The notes under the pieces: model-generated
Databases searched by the model: none
Told to the model about the DNA's origin: nothing
What the model saw: the letters and a program-made list of their open reading frames with translations, nothing else
Part shown: one piece after another, positions 32,601 through 48,000 of the stretch
Position numbering within the stretch: position 1 is the first letter of the stretch
Layout: each line of letters begins with the position of its first letter
Position numbers and translations under genes: made by a program
From: Eledone cirrhosa
Lineage: Eukaryota
Direction of reading: 5' to 3'
Length of the DNA stretch: 64,000 bases
Assembly (NCBI GenBank): GCA_964016885.1
Contig: OZ024747.1
Location: 33,232,001 to 33,296,000 of the forward strand

Positions 32601-33799
32601 ACAACAATACATGTAACAACCATAACAGAAATAACACTAGCAACGTTAACAACAATACATGTAACAACCATAACAGAAATAACACTAGCAACGTTAACAA
32701 AAATACATGTAACAACCATAACAGAAATAACACTAGCAACGTTAACAACAATACATGTAAGAACCATAACAGAAATAACACTAACAACGTTAACAACAAT
32801 ACCTTTAACAACTATAACAGAAATAACACTAGTAACGTTAACAATAATACATGCAACAACCATAACAGAAATAACACTAACAACGTTAACAACAATACAT
32901 GTAACAAACATAACAGAAATAAATCTAACAACGTTAACAACAATACATGTAACAACCATAACAGAAATAACACTAGCAACGTTAACAACAATACATCTAA
33001 CAACCATAACAGAAATAACACTAGCAACGTTAACAACAATACATGTAACAACCATAACAGAAATAACACTAACAACTTTAACAACAATACATGTAACAAA
33101 CATAACAGAAATAACACTAACAACGTTAACAACAATACATGTAACAACCAGAACAGAAATAACACTAACGACGATAACAACAATACTTGTAACAACCATA
33201 ACAGAAATAACACTAACAACGTTAACAACAACCATAACAGAAATAACACTAGTAACGTTAACAACAATACATGTAACAACCATAACAGAAATAACACTAG
33301 TAACATTAACAACAATACATGTAACAACCATAACAGAAATAACACTAGTAACGTTAACAACAATACATGTAACAACCATAACAGAAATAACACTAGCAAC
33401 GTTAACAACAATACATGTAACAACCATAACACAAATAACACTAGCAACGTTAACAACAATACATGTAACAACCATAACAGAAACAACACTAACAACGTTA
33501 ACAACAATACATGTAACAACCATAACAGAAATAACACTAACAACGTTAACAACAATACATGTAACAACCATAACATAGATAACACTAACAACGTTAACAA
33601 AAATACATGTACCAACCTTAACAGAAATAACACTAACAACGTTAACAACAATACATGTAACAACAATAACAGAAATAACACTAGCAACGTTAACAACAAT
33701 ACATGTAACAACCATAACAGAAATAACAGTAACAACGTTAACAACAATACATGTAACAACCATAACATAAATAACACTAACAACGTTAACAACAATACA

Positions 33800-36700
33800 T
33801 GTAACAACCATAACAGAAATAACATTGCAACGTTAACAACAATACATGTAACAACCAAAACAGAAATAACACTAGCAACGTTAACAACAATACATGTAAC
33901 AACCATAACAGAAATAACACTAACAACGTTAACAACAATACATGTAACAAACATAACAGAAATAACACTAACAACGTTAACAACAATACATGTAACAACC
34001 AGAACAGAAATAACACTAACGACGATAACAACAATACTTGTAACAACCATATCAGAAATAACACTAACAACGTTAACAACAACCATAACAGAAATAACAC
34101 TAGTAACGTTAACAACAATACATGTAACAGCCATAACAGAAATAACACTAACAACGTTAACAACAATACATGTAACAACCATAACAGAAATATTACTAGT
34201 AAGATTAACAACAATACATGTAACAACCATAACAGAAATAACACTAGTAACGTTAACAACAATACATGTAACAACCATAACAGAAATAACACTAGCAACG
34301 TAAACAACAATACATGTAACAACCATAACACAAATAACACTAGCAACGTTAACAACAATACATGTAACAACCATAACAGAAACAACACTAACAACGTTAA
34401 CAACAACAATACATGTAACAACCATAACAGAAATATCACTAACAACGTTAACAACAATACATGTAACAACCATAACATAGATAACACTAACAACGTTAAC
34501 AAAAATACATGTAACAACCATAACATAGATAACACTAACAACGTTAACAAAAATACATGTAACAACCTTAACAGAAATACACTAACAACGTTAACAACAA
34601 TACATGTAACAACCATAAAAGAAATAACACTAACAACGTTAACAACAATACATGTAACAATCATAACAGAAAAACACTAACAACGTTAACAACAATACAT
34701 GTAACAACCATAACAGAAATAACACTAGCAACGTTAACAACAATACATCTAACAACCATAACAGAAATAACACTAGCAACGTTAACAACAATACATGTAA
34801 CAACCATAACAGAAATAACACTAACAACGTTAACAACAATACATGTAACAAACATTACAGAAATAACACTAGCAACGTTAACAACAATACATGTAACAAC
34901 CATAACAGAAATAATACTAGCAACGTTAACAACAATACATGTAACAACCATAACAGAAATAACACTAACGACGATAACAACAATACTTGTAACAGCCATA
35001 ACAGAAATAACACTAACAACGTTAACAACAACCATAACAGAAATAACACTAGTAACGTTAACAACAATACATGTAACAACCATAACAGAAATAACACTAG
35101 TAACATTAACAACAATACATGTAACAACCATAACAGAAATAACACTAGTAACGTTAACAACAATACATGTAACAACCATAACAGAAATAACACTAGCAAC
35201 GTTAACAACAATACATGTAACAACCATAACACAAATAACACTAGCAACGTTAACAACAATACATGTAACAACCATAACAGAAACAACACTAACAACGTTA
35301 ACAACAATACATGTAACAACCATAACAGAAATAACACTAACAACGTTAACAACAATACATGTAACAACCATAACATAGATAACACTAACAACGTTAACAA
35401 AAATACATGTACCAACCTTAACAGAAATAACACTAACAACGTTAACAACAATACATGTAACAACAATAACAGAAATAACAGTAACAACGTTAACAACAAT
35501 ACATGTAACAACCATAACAGAAATAACACTAACAACGTTAACAACAATACATGTAACAACCATAACAGAAATAACACTAACGACGATAACAACAATACTT
35601 GTAACAACCATAACAGAAATAACACTAACAACGTTAACAACAATACATGTAACAACAATAACAGAAATAACAGTAACAACGTTAACAACAATACATGTAA
35701 CAACCATAACAGAAATAACACTAACAACGTTAACAACAATACGTGTAACAACCATAACAGAAATAACATTGCAACGTTAACAACAATACATGTAACAACC
35801 ATAACAGAAATAACACTAGCAACGTTAACAACAATACATGTAACAACCATAACAGAAATAACACTAACAACGTTAACAACAATACATGTAACAAACATAA
35901 CAGAAATAACACTAACAACGTTAACAACAATACATGTAACAACCAGAACAGAAATAACACTAACGACGATAACAACAATACTTGTAACAACCATATCAGA
36001 AATAACACTAACAACGTTAACAACAACCATAACAGAAATAACACTAGTAACGTTAACAACAATACATGTAACAACCATAACAGAAATAACACTAACAACG
36101 TTAACAACAATACATGTAACAACCATAACAGAAATATTACTAGTAAGATTAACAACAATACATGTAACAACCATAACAGAAATAACACTAGTAACGTTAA
36201 CAACAATACATGTAACAACCATAACAGAAATAACACTAGCAACGTAAACAACAATACATGTAACAACCATAACACAAATAACACTAGCAACGTTAACAAC
36301 AATACATGTAACAACCATAACAGAAACAACACTAACAACGTTAACAACAACAATACTTGTAACAACCATAACAGAAATATCACTAACAACGTTAACAACA
36401 ATACATGTAACAACCATAACATAGATAACACTAACAACGTTAACAAAAATACATGTAACAACCTTAACAGAAATAACACTAACAACGTTAACAACAATAC
36501 ATGTAACAACCATAACAGAAATAACACTAGCAACGTTAACAAAAATACATGTAACAACCATAACAGAAATAACACTAGTAACGTTAACAACAATACATGT
36601 AACAACCATAACAGAAATAACACTAACAACGTTAACAACAATACATGTAACAACCATAACAGAAATAACATTAGTAACATTAACAACAATATATGTAACA

Positions 36701-39700
36701 ACCATAACAGAAATAACACTAGTAAACGTTAACAACAATAAATGTAACAACCATAACAGAAATAACACTAACAACGTTAACAACAATACATGTAACAACC
36801 AGAACAGAAATAACACTAACGACGATAACAACAATACTTGTAACAAGCATAACAGAAATAACACTAACAACGTTAACAACAACCATAACAGAAATAACAC
36901 TAGTAACGTTAACAACAATACATGTAACAACCATAACAGAAATAACACTAGTAACATTAACAACAATACATGTAACAACCATAACAGAAATAACACTAGC
37001 AACGTTAACAACAATACATGTAACAATCATAACAGAAATAACACTAACAACGTTAACAACAATACATGTAACAACCATAACAGAAACAACACTAACAACG
37101 TTAACAACAATACATGTAACAACCATAACAGAAATAACACTAACAACGTTAACAACAATACATGTAACAACCATAACATAGATAACACTAACAACGTTAA
37201 CAAAAATACATGTACCAACCTTAACAGAAATAACACTAACAACGTTAACAACAATACATGTAACAACAATAACAGAAATAACACTAGCAACGTTTACAAC
37301 AATACATGTAACAACCATAACAGAAATAACAGTAACAACGTTAATAACAATACATGTAACAACCATAACAGAAATAACACTAACAACGTTAACAACAATA
37401 CATGTAACAACCATAACAGAAATAACATTGCAACGTTAACAACAATACATGTAACAACCATAACAGAAATAACACTAGCAACGTTAACAACAATACATGT
37501 AACAACCATAACAGAAATAACACTAACAACATTAACAACAATACATGTAACAAACATAACAGAAATAACACTAACAACGTTAACAACAATACATGTCACA
37601 ACCAGAACAGAAATAACACTAACGACGATAACAACAATACTTGTAACAACCATATCAGAAATAACACTAACAACGTTAACAACAACCATAACAGAAATAA
37701 CACTAGTAACGTTAACAACAATACATGTAACAACCATAACAGAAATAACAGTAACAACGTTAACAACAATACATGTAACAACCATAACAGAAATATTACT
37801 AGTAAGATTAACAACAATACATGTAACAACCATAACAGAAATAACACTAGTAACGTTAACAACAATACATGTAACAACCATAACAGAAATAACACTAGCA
37901 ACGTAAACAACAATACATGTAACAACCATAACACAAATAACACTAGCAACGTTAACAACAATACATGTAACAACCATAACAGAAACAACACTAACAACGT
38001 TAACAACAACAATACATGTAACAACCATAACAGAAATAACAGTAACAACGTTAACAAAAATACATGTAACAACCTTAACAGAAATAACACTAACAACGTT
38101 AACAACAATACATGTAACAACCATAAAAGAAATAACACTAACAACGTTAACAACAATACATGTAACAATCATAACAGAAATAACACTAACAACGTTAACA
38201 ACAATACATGTAACAACCATAACAGAAATAACACTAGCAACGTTAACAACAATACATGTAAGAACCATAACAGAAATAACAGTAACAACGTTAACAACAA
38301 TACATGTAACAACCATAACAGAAATAACACTAGTAAACGTTAACAACAATACATGTAACAACCATAACAGAAATAACACTAGCAACGTTAACAACAATAC
38401 ATGTAACAACCATAACACAAATAACACAAGCAACGTTAACAACAATACATGTAACAACCATAACAGAAACAACACTAACAACGTTAACAACAATATATGT
38501 AACAACCATAACAGAAATAACACTAACAACGTTAACAACAATACATGTAACAAACATAACATAGATAACACTAACAACGTTAACAAAAATACATGTAACA
38601 ACCTTAACAGAAATAACACTAGCAACGTTAACAACAATACATGTAACAACCATAACACAAATAACACTAGCAACGTTAACAACAATACATGTAACAACCA
38701 TAACAGAAACAACACTAACAACGTTAACAACAATACATGTAACAACCATAACAGAAATAACACTAACAACGTTAACAACAATACATGTAACAACCATAAC
38801 ATAGATAACACTAACAACGTTAACAAAAATACATGTACCAACCTTAACAGAAATAACACTAACAACGTTAACAACAATACATGTAACAACAATAACAGAA
38901 ATAACAGTAACAACGTTAACAACAATACATGTAACAACCATAACAGAAATAACACTAACAACGTTAACAACAATACATGTAACAACCATAACAGAAATAA
39001 CATTGCAACGTTAACAACAATACATGTAACAACCATAACAGAAATAACACTAGCAACGTTAACAACAATACATGTAACAACCATAACAGAAATAACACTA
39101 ACGACGTTAACAACAATACATGTAACAAACATAACAGAAATAACACTAACAACGTTAACAACAATACATGTAACAACCAGAACAGAAATAACACTAACGA
39201 CGATAACAACAATACTTGTAACAACCATATCAGAAATAACACTAACAACGTTAACAACAACCATAACAGAAATAACACTAGTAACGTTAACAACAATACA
39301 TGTAACAACCATAACAGAAATAACACTAACAACGTTAACAACAATACATGTAACAACCATAACAGAAATATTACTAGTAAGATTAACAACAATACATGTA
39401 ACAACCATAACAGAAATAACACTAGTAACGTTAACAACAATACATGTAACAACCATAACAGAAATAACACTAGCAACGTAAACAACAATACATGTAACAA
39501 CCATAACACAAATAACACTAGCAACGTTAACAACAATACATGTAATAACCATAACAGAAACAACACTAACAACGTTAACAACAACAATACTTGTAACAAC
39601 CATAACAGAAATATCACTAACAACGTTAACAACAATACATGTAACAACCATAACATAGATAACACTAACAACGTTAACAAAAATACATGTAACAACCTTA

Positions 39701-42050
39701 ACAGAAATAACACTAACAACGTTAACAACAATACATGTAACAACCATAAAAGAAATAACACTAACAACGTTAACAACAATACATGTAACAATCATAACAG
39801 AAATAACACTAACAACGTTAACAACAATACATGTAACAACCATAACAGAAATAACACTAGCAACGTTAACAACAATACATCCAACAACCATAACAGAAAT
39901 AACACTAGCAACGTTAACAACAATACATGTAACAACCATAACAGAAATAACACTAACAACGTTAACAACAATACATGTAACAACCAGAACAGAAATAACA
40001 CTAACGACGATAACAACAATACTTGTAACAAGCATAACAGAAATAACACTAACAACGTTAACAACAACCATAACAGAAATAACACTAGTAACGTTAACAA
40101 CAATACATGTAACAACCATAACAGAAATAACACTAGTAACATTAACAACACTACATGTAACAACCATAACAGAAATAACACTAGTAACGTTAACAACAAT
40201 ACATGTAACAACCATAACAGAAATAACACTAGCAACGTTAACAACAATACATGTAACAACCATAACACAAATAACACTAGCAACGTTAACAGCAATACAT
40301 ATAACAACCATAACAGACACAACACTAACAACGTTAACAACAATACATGTAACAACCATAACAGAAATAACACTAACAACGTTAACAACAATACATGTAA
40401 CAACCATAACATAGATAACACTAACAACGTTAACAAAAATACATGTACCAACCTTAACAGAAATAACACTAACAACGTTAACAACAATACATGTAACAAC
40501 AATAACAGAAATAACACTAGCAACGTTTACAACAATACATGTAACAACCATAACAGAAATAACAGTAACAACGTTAACAACAATACATGTAACAACCATA
40601 ACAGAAATAATACTAACAACGTTAACAACAATACATGTAACAACCATAACAGAAATAACATTGCAACGTTAACAACAATACATGTAACAACCATAACAGA
40701 AATAACACTAGCAACGTTAACAACAATACATGTAACAACCATAACAGAAATAACACTAACAACGTTAACAACAATACATGTAACAAACATAACAGAAATA
40801 ACACTAACAACATTAACAACAATACATGTCACAACCAGAACAGAAATAACACTAACGACGATAACAACAATACATGTAACAACCATAACAGAAATAACAC
40901 TAACAACGTTAACAACAATACATGTAACAACCAGAACAGAAATAACACTAACGACGATAACAACAATACTTGTAACAAGCATAACAGAAATAACACTAAC
41001 AACGTTAACAACAACCATAACAGAAATATTACTAGTAAGATTAACAACAATACATGTAACAACCATAACAGAAATAACACTAGTAACGTTAACAACAATA
41101 CATGTAACAACCATAACAGAAATAACACTAGCAACGTAAACAACAATACATGTAACAACCATAACACAAATAACACTAGCAACGTTAACAACAATACATG
41201 TAACAACCATAACAGAAACAACACTAACAACGTTAACAACAACAATACATGTAACAACCATAACAGAAATAACAGTAACAACGTTAACAAAAATACATGT
41301 AACAACCTTAACAGAAATAACACTAACAACGTTAACAACAATACATGTAACAACCATAAAAGAAATAACACTAACAACGTTAACAACAATACATGTAACA
41401 ATCATAACAGAAATAACACTAACAACGTTAACAACAATACATGTAACAACCATAACAGAAATAACACTAGCAACGTTAACAACAATACATGTAAGAACCA
41501 TAACAGAAATAACAGTAACAACGTTAACAACAACACATGTAACAACCATAACAGAAATAACACTAGTAAACGTTAACAACAATACATGTAACAACCATAA
41601 CAGAAATAACACTAGCAACGTTAACAACAATACATGTAACAACCATAACACAAATAACACAAGCAACGTTAACAACAATACATGTAACAACCATAACAGA
41701 AACAACACTAACAACGTTAACAACAATATATGTAACAACCATAACAGAAATAACACTAGCAACGTTAACAACAATACATGTAACAACCATAACAGAAATA
41801 ACACTAACAACGTTAACAACAATACATGTAACAACCATAACAGAAATAAGACTAACAACGTTAACAACAACCATAACAGAAATAACACTAGCAACGTTAA
41901 CAACAATACATGTAAGAACCATAACAGAAATAACAGTAACAACGTTAACAACAATACATGTAACAACCATAACAGAAATAACACTAGTAAACGTTAACAA
42001 CAATACATGTAACAACCATAACAGAAATAACACTAGCAACGTTAACAACA
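33800..42050 (+). repeat. Satellite domain III: ~1.6-1.9 kb units, the last four paired into a ~3,233-bp dimeric HOR
   Basis: The TATTACTAGTAAGATT marker is at 34191, 36135, 37794, 39369 and 41027 (spacings 1944, 1659, 1575, 1658). ORF pairs 37294/40527, 37389/40622, 37596/40829 and 38330/41563 are all 3,233 apart. Confidence 0.85.
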
Positions 42051-45000
42051 ATACATGTTACAACCATAACACAAATAACACAAGCAACGTTAACAACAAT
42101 ACATGTAACAACCATAACAGAAACAACACTAACAACGTTAACAACAATACAAGTAACAACCGTAACAGAGATAACACTAGTGACGTCAACAGCAATACAT
42201 GTGACAACCATAAGAGAAATAACACTAACAACGTTAACAACAATACATGTAACAACCATAACAGAAATAACACTAGTAACGTTAAAAGCAATACATGTGA
42301 CAACCATAACACAAATAACACTAGCAACGTTATCAACAATACAAGTGACAACCATAACAGAAATAACACTAGCAACGTTAACAACAATACATGTAACAAA
42401 CATAACAGAAATTATACAAGTAAAATTAGCAACGATACATGTAACAATCTTAATAGAAATAACACTAGCAACGTTAACAACAATACATGTAACAACCATA
42501 ACAGAAATAACACTAGCAACGTTAACAACAATACATGTAACAACCATAACAGAAATAACACTAGCAACGTTAACAACAATACATGTAACAACCATAACAG
42601 AAATAACACTAACAACGTTAACAACAATACATGTAACAACCATAACAGAAATAAGACTAACAACGTTAACAACAACCATAACAGAAATAACACTAACAAC
42701 GTTAACAACAATACATGTAACAACCATAACAGAAACAACACTAACAACGTTAACAACAATATATGTAACAACCATAACAGAAATAACACTAACAACGTTA
42801 ACAACAATACATGTAACAAACATAACATAGATAACACTAACAACGTTAACAAAAATACATGTAACAACCTTAACAGAAATAACACTAACATCGTTAACAA
42901 CAATACATGTAACAACCATAAAAGAAATAACACTAACAACGTTAACAACAATACATGTAACAACCATAACAGATATAACACTAACAACGTTAACAACAAT
43001 ACATGTAACAACCATAACAGAAATAACACTAGCAACGTTAACAACAATACATGTAAGAACCATAACAGAAATAACAGTAACAACGTTAACAACAATACAT
43101 GTAACAACCATAACATAAGTAACACTAACAACGTTAACAACAATACATGTAACAACCATAACACAAATAACACTAGCAACGTTAACAACAATACATGTAA
43201 CAACCATAACAGAAATAACACTAGCAACGTTAACAACAATACATGTAAGAACCATAACAGAAATAACACTAACAACGTTAACAACAATACATGTAACAAC
43301 TATAACAGAAATAACACTAGTAACGTTAACAATAATACATGTAACAACCATAACAGAAATAACACTAGCAACGTTAACAACAATACATCTAACAACCATA
43401 ACAGAAATAACACTAGCAACATCAACAACAATACATGTAACAGCCATAACAGAAATAACACTAACAACGTTAGCAACAATACATGTAACAATAATAACAG
43501 AAATAACACTAGCAACGTTAAAAACAATACATGTAACAACCATAACAGAAATAACAGTAACAACGTTAACAACAATACATGTAACAACAATAACAGAAAT
43601 AACACGAGTAACTTTAACAACAACACATGTAACAGCCATAACAGAAATAACACTAGTAACGTTAACAACAATACATGTAACAACCATAACAGAAATAACA
43701 CTAACAACGTTAACAACAATACATGTAACAACCATAACAGAAATATCACTAACAACGTTAACAACAATACCTGTAACAACTATAACAGAAATAACACTAA
43801 CAACGATAACAACAATACATGTAACAACCATAACAGAAATAAAACTAACAACGTTAACAACAATACATGCAACAACCATAACAGAAATAACATTAACTAC
43901 GTTAACAACAATACATGTAACAACCATAACAGAAATAACACTAACAACGTTAACAACAATACATGTAACAACCATAACAGATATAACATTAACAACATTA
44001 ACAACAATACATGTAACAACCATAACAGAAATAACACTAACAACGTTAACAACAATACATGTAACAACCATAACAGAAATAACACTAACAACGTTAACAA
44101 CAATACATGTAACAACCATAACATAAATAACACTAACAACGTTAACAACAATACATGTAACAACCATAACAGAAATATCACTAACAACGTTAACAACAAT
44201 ACATGTAACAACTATAACAGAAATAACACTAACAACGATAACAACAATACATGTAACAACCATAACAGAAATAAAACTAACAACGTTAACAACAATACAT
44301 GCAACAACCATAACAGAAATAACACTCACAACGGTAACAACAATACATGTAACAACAATAACAGAAATAACACTAGTAACTTTAACAACAATACGTGTAA
44401 CAACCATAGCAGTAATAACACTAACAACGTTAACAACAATACATGTAACAACCATAACATAAATAACACTAACTACGTTAACAACAACCATAACAGAAAT
44501 AACACTAACAACGTTAACAACAATACATGTACAAACATAACAGAAATAACACTAACAACCTTAACAACAATACATGTAACGACCATAACAGAAATAACAC
44601 TAGCAACGTTAGCAACAATACATGTAACAACCATAACAGAAATAACACTAGCAATGTTAACAACAATACATGTAACAACCATAACATAAATAACACTAAC
44701 AACGTTAACAACAATACAAGTAACAACCGTAACAGAGATAACACTAGTGACGTTAACAGCAATACATGTGACAACCATAAGAGAAATAACACTAACAACG
44801 TTAACAACAATACATGTAACAACCATAACAGAAATAACACTAGTAAGGTTAAAAAAAAATACATGTGACAACCATAACACAAATAACACTAGCAACGTTA
44901 ACAACAATACAAGTGACAACCATAACAGAAATAACACTAGCAACGTTAACAACAATACATGTAACAAACATAACAGAAATTATACAAGTAAAATTAGCAA

Positions 45001-48000
45001 CAATACATGTAACAATCTTAATAGAAATAACACTAGCAACGTTAACAACAATACATGTAACAACCATAACAGAAATAACACTAGCAACGTTAACAACAAT
45101 ACATGTAACAACCATAACAGAAATAACACTAGCAACGTTAACAACAATACATGTAACAACCATAACAGAAATAACACTAGCAACGTTAACAACAATACAT
45201 GTAACAACGATAACAGAAATAACACTATTAACGTTAGCAACAATACATGTCACAACCATAACAGAAATAACACGAGTAACGTTAACAACAATACATGTAA
45301 CAGCCATAACAGAAATAACACTAGTAACGTTAACAACAATACATGTAACAACCATAACAGAAATAACACTAACAACGTTAACAACAATACATGTAACAAC
45401 CATAACAGAAATATCACTAACAACGTTAACAACAATACATGTAACAACTATAACAGAAATAACACTAACAACGATAACAACAATACATGTAACAACCATA
45501 ACAGAAATAAAACTAACAACGTTAACAACAATACATGCAACAACCATAACAGAAATAACATTAACTACGTTAACAACAATACATGTAACAACCATAACAG
45601 AAATAACACTAACAACGTTAACAACAATACATGTAACAACCATAACAGATATAACATTAACAACATTAACAACAATACATGTAACAACCATAACAGAAAT
45701 TACACTAACAACGTTAACAACAATACATGTAACAACCATAACAGAAATAACACTAACAACGTTAACAACAATACATGTAACAACAATAACAGAAATAACA
45801 CTAGTAACGTTAACAACAATACATGTAACAACCATAACAGAAATAACACTAACGACGTTAACAACAATACATATAACAACCATAACAGAAATAACACTAA
45901 CAACGTTAACAACAACTATAACAGAAATAACACTCACAACGGTAACAACAATACATGTAACAACAATAACAGAAATAACACTAGTAACTTTAACAACAAT
46001 ACGTGTAACAATCATAGCAGAAATAACACTAACAACGTTAACACCAATACATGTAACAACCATAACAGAAATAAGACTAACAACGTTAACAACAACCATA
46101 ACAGAAATAACACTAACAACGTTAACAACAATACATGTACAAACATAACAGAAATAACACTAACAACCTTAACAACAACACATGTACCAACAATAACAGA
46201 AATAACACTAGTAACGTTAACAACAATACATGTAACAACCATAACAGAAATAACACTAACGACGTTAACAACAATACATATAACAACCATAACAGAAATA
46301 ACACTAACAATGTTAACAACAACCATAACAGAAATAACACTAACAACGTTAACAACAATACATGTAACAACCATAACAGAAATAACACTAGCAATGTTAA
46401 CAACAATACATGTAACAACCATAACATAAATAACACTGACAACGTTAACAACAATACAAGTAACAACCGTAACAGAGATAACACTAGTGACGTTAACAGC
46501 AATACATGTGACAACCATAAGAGAAATAACACTAACAACGTTAACAACAATACATGTAACAACCATAACAGAAATAACACTAGTAACGTTAAAAACAATA
46601 CATGTGACAACCATAACACAAATAACACTAGCAACGTTAACAACAATACAAGTGACAACCATAACAGAAATAACACTAGCAACGTTAACAACAATACATG
46701 TAACAAACATAACAGAAATTATACAAGTAAAATTAGCAACAATACATGTAACAATCTTAATAGAAATAACACTAGCAACGTTAACAACAATACATGTAAC
46801 AACCATAACAGAAATAACACTAGCAACGTTAACAACAATACATGTAACAAACATAACAGAAATTATACAAGTAAAATTAGCAACAATACATGTAACAATC
46901 TTAATAGAAATAACACTAACAACGTTAACAACAATACATGTCACAACCATAACAGAAATAAAACGAGTAACGTTAACAACAATACATGTAACAACCATAA
47001 CAGAAATAACACTAACGACGTTAACAAAAATACATATAACAACCATAACAGAAATAACACTAACAAAGTTAACAACAACTATAACAGAAATAACACTCAC
47101 AACGGTAACAACAATACATGTAACAACAATAACAGAAATAACACTAGTAACGTTAACAACAATACGTGTAACAACCATAACAGAAATAACACTAACAACG
47201 TTAACAACAATACATGTAACAACCATAACAGAAATAAGACTAACAACGTTAACAACAACCATAACAGAAATAACACTAACAACGTTAACAACAATACATG
47301 TAACAAACATAACAGAAATAACACTAACAACGTTAACAACAATACATGTAACAACCATAACATAGATAACACTAACAACGTTAACAAAAATACATGTACC
47401 AACCTTAACAGAAATAACACTAACAACGTTAACAACAATACATGTAACAACAATAACAGAAATAACACTAGCAACGTTTACAACAATACATGTAACAACC
47501 ATAACAGAAATAACAGTAACAACGTTAACAACAATACATGTAACAACCATAACAGAAATAATACTAACAACGTTAACAACAATACATGTAACAACCATAA
47601 CAGAAATAACATTGCAACGTTAACAACAATACATGTAACAACCATAACAGAAATAACACTAGCAACGTTAACAACAATACATGTAACAACCATAACAGAA
47701 ATAACACTAACAACGTTAACAACAATACATGTAACAAACATAACAGAAATAACACTAACAACATTAACAACAATACATGTCACAACCAGAACAGAAATAA
47801 CACTAACGACGATAACAACAATACATGTAACAACCATAACAGAAATAACACTAACAACGTTAACAACAATACATGTAACAACCAGAACAGAAATAACACT
47901 AACGACGATAACAACAATACTTGTAACAAGCATAACAGAAATAACACTAACAACGTTAACAACAACCATAACAGAAATATTACTAGTAAGATTAACAACA

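Noticed and set aside
34300-34307. Transcription-factor motifs in variants (GTAAACAA forkhead-like, TAACAG Myb-like)
   Set aside because: Short A/C-rich motifs are expected by chance in this composition, and there is no promoter context.
44851-44859. A9 run as a poly(A) tail or retro-insertion scar (also 51802-51810)
   Set aside because: It derives from TTAAAAACAAT-type monomer variants by C>A change plus one extra A. There is no inserted sequence or target-site duplication.
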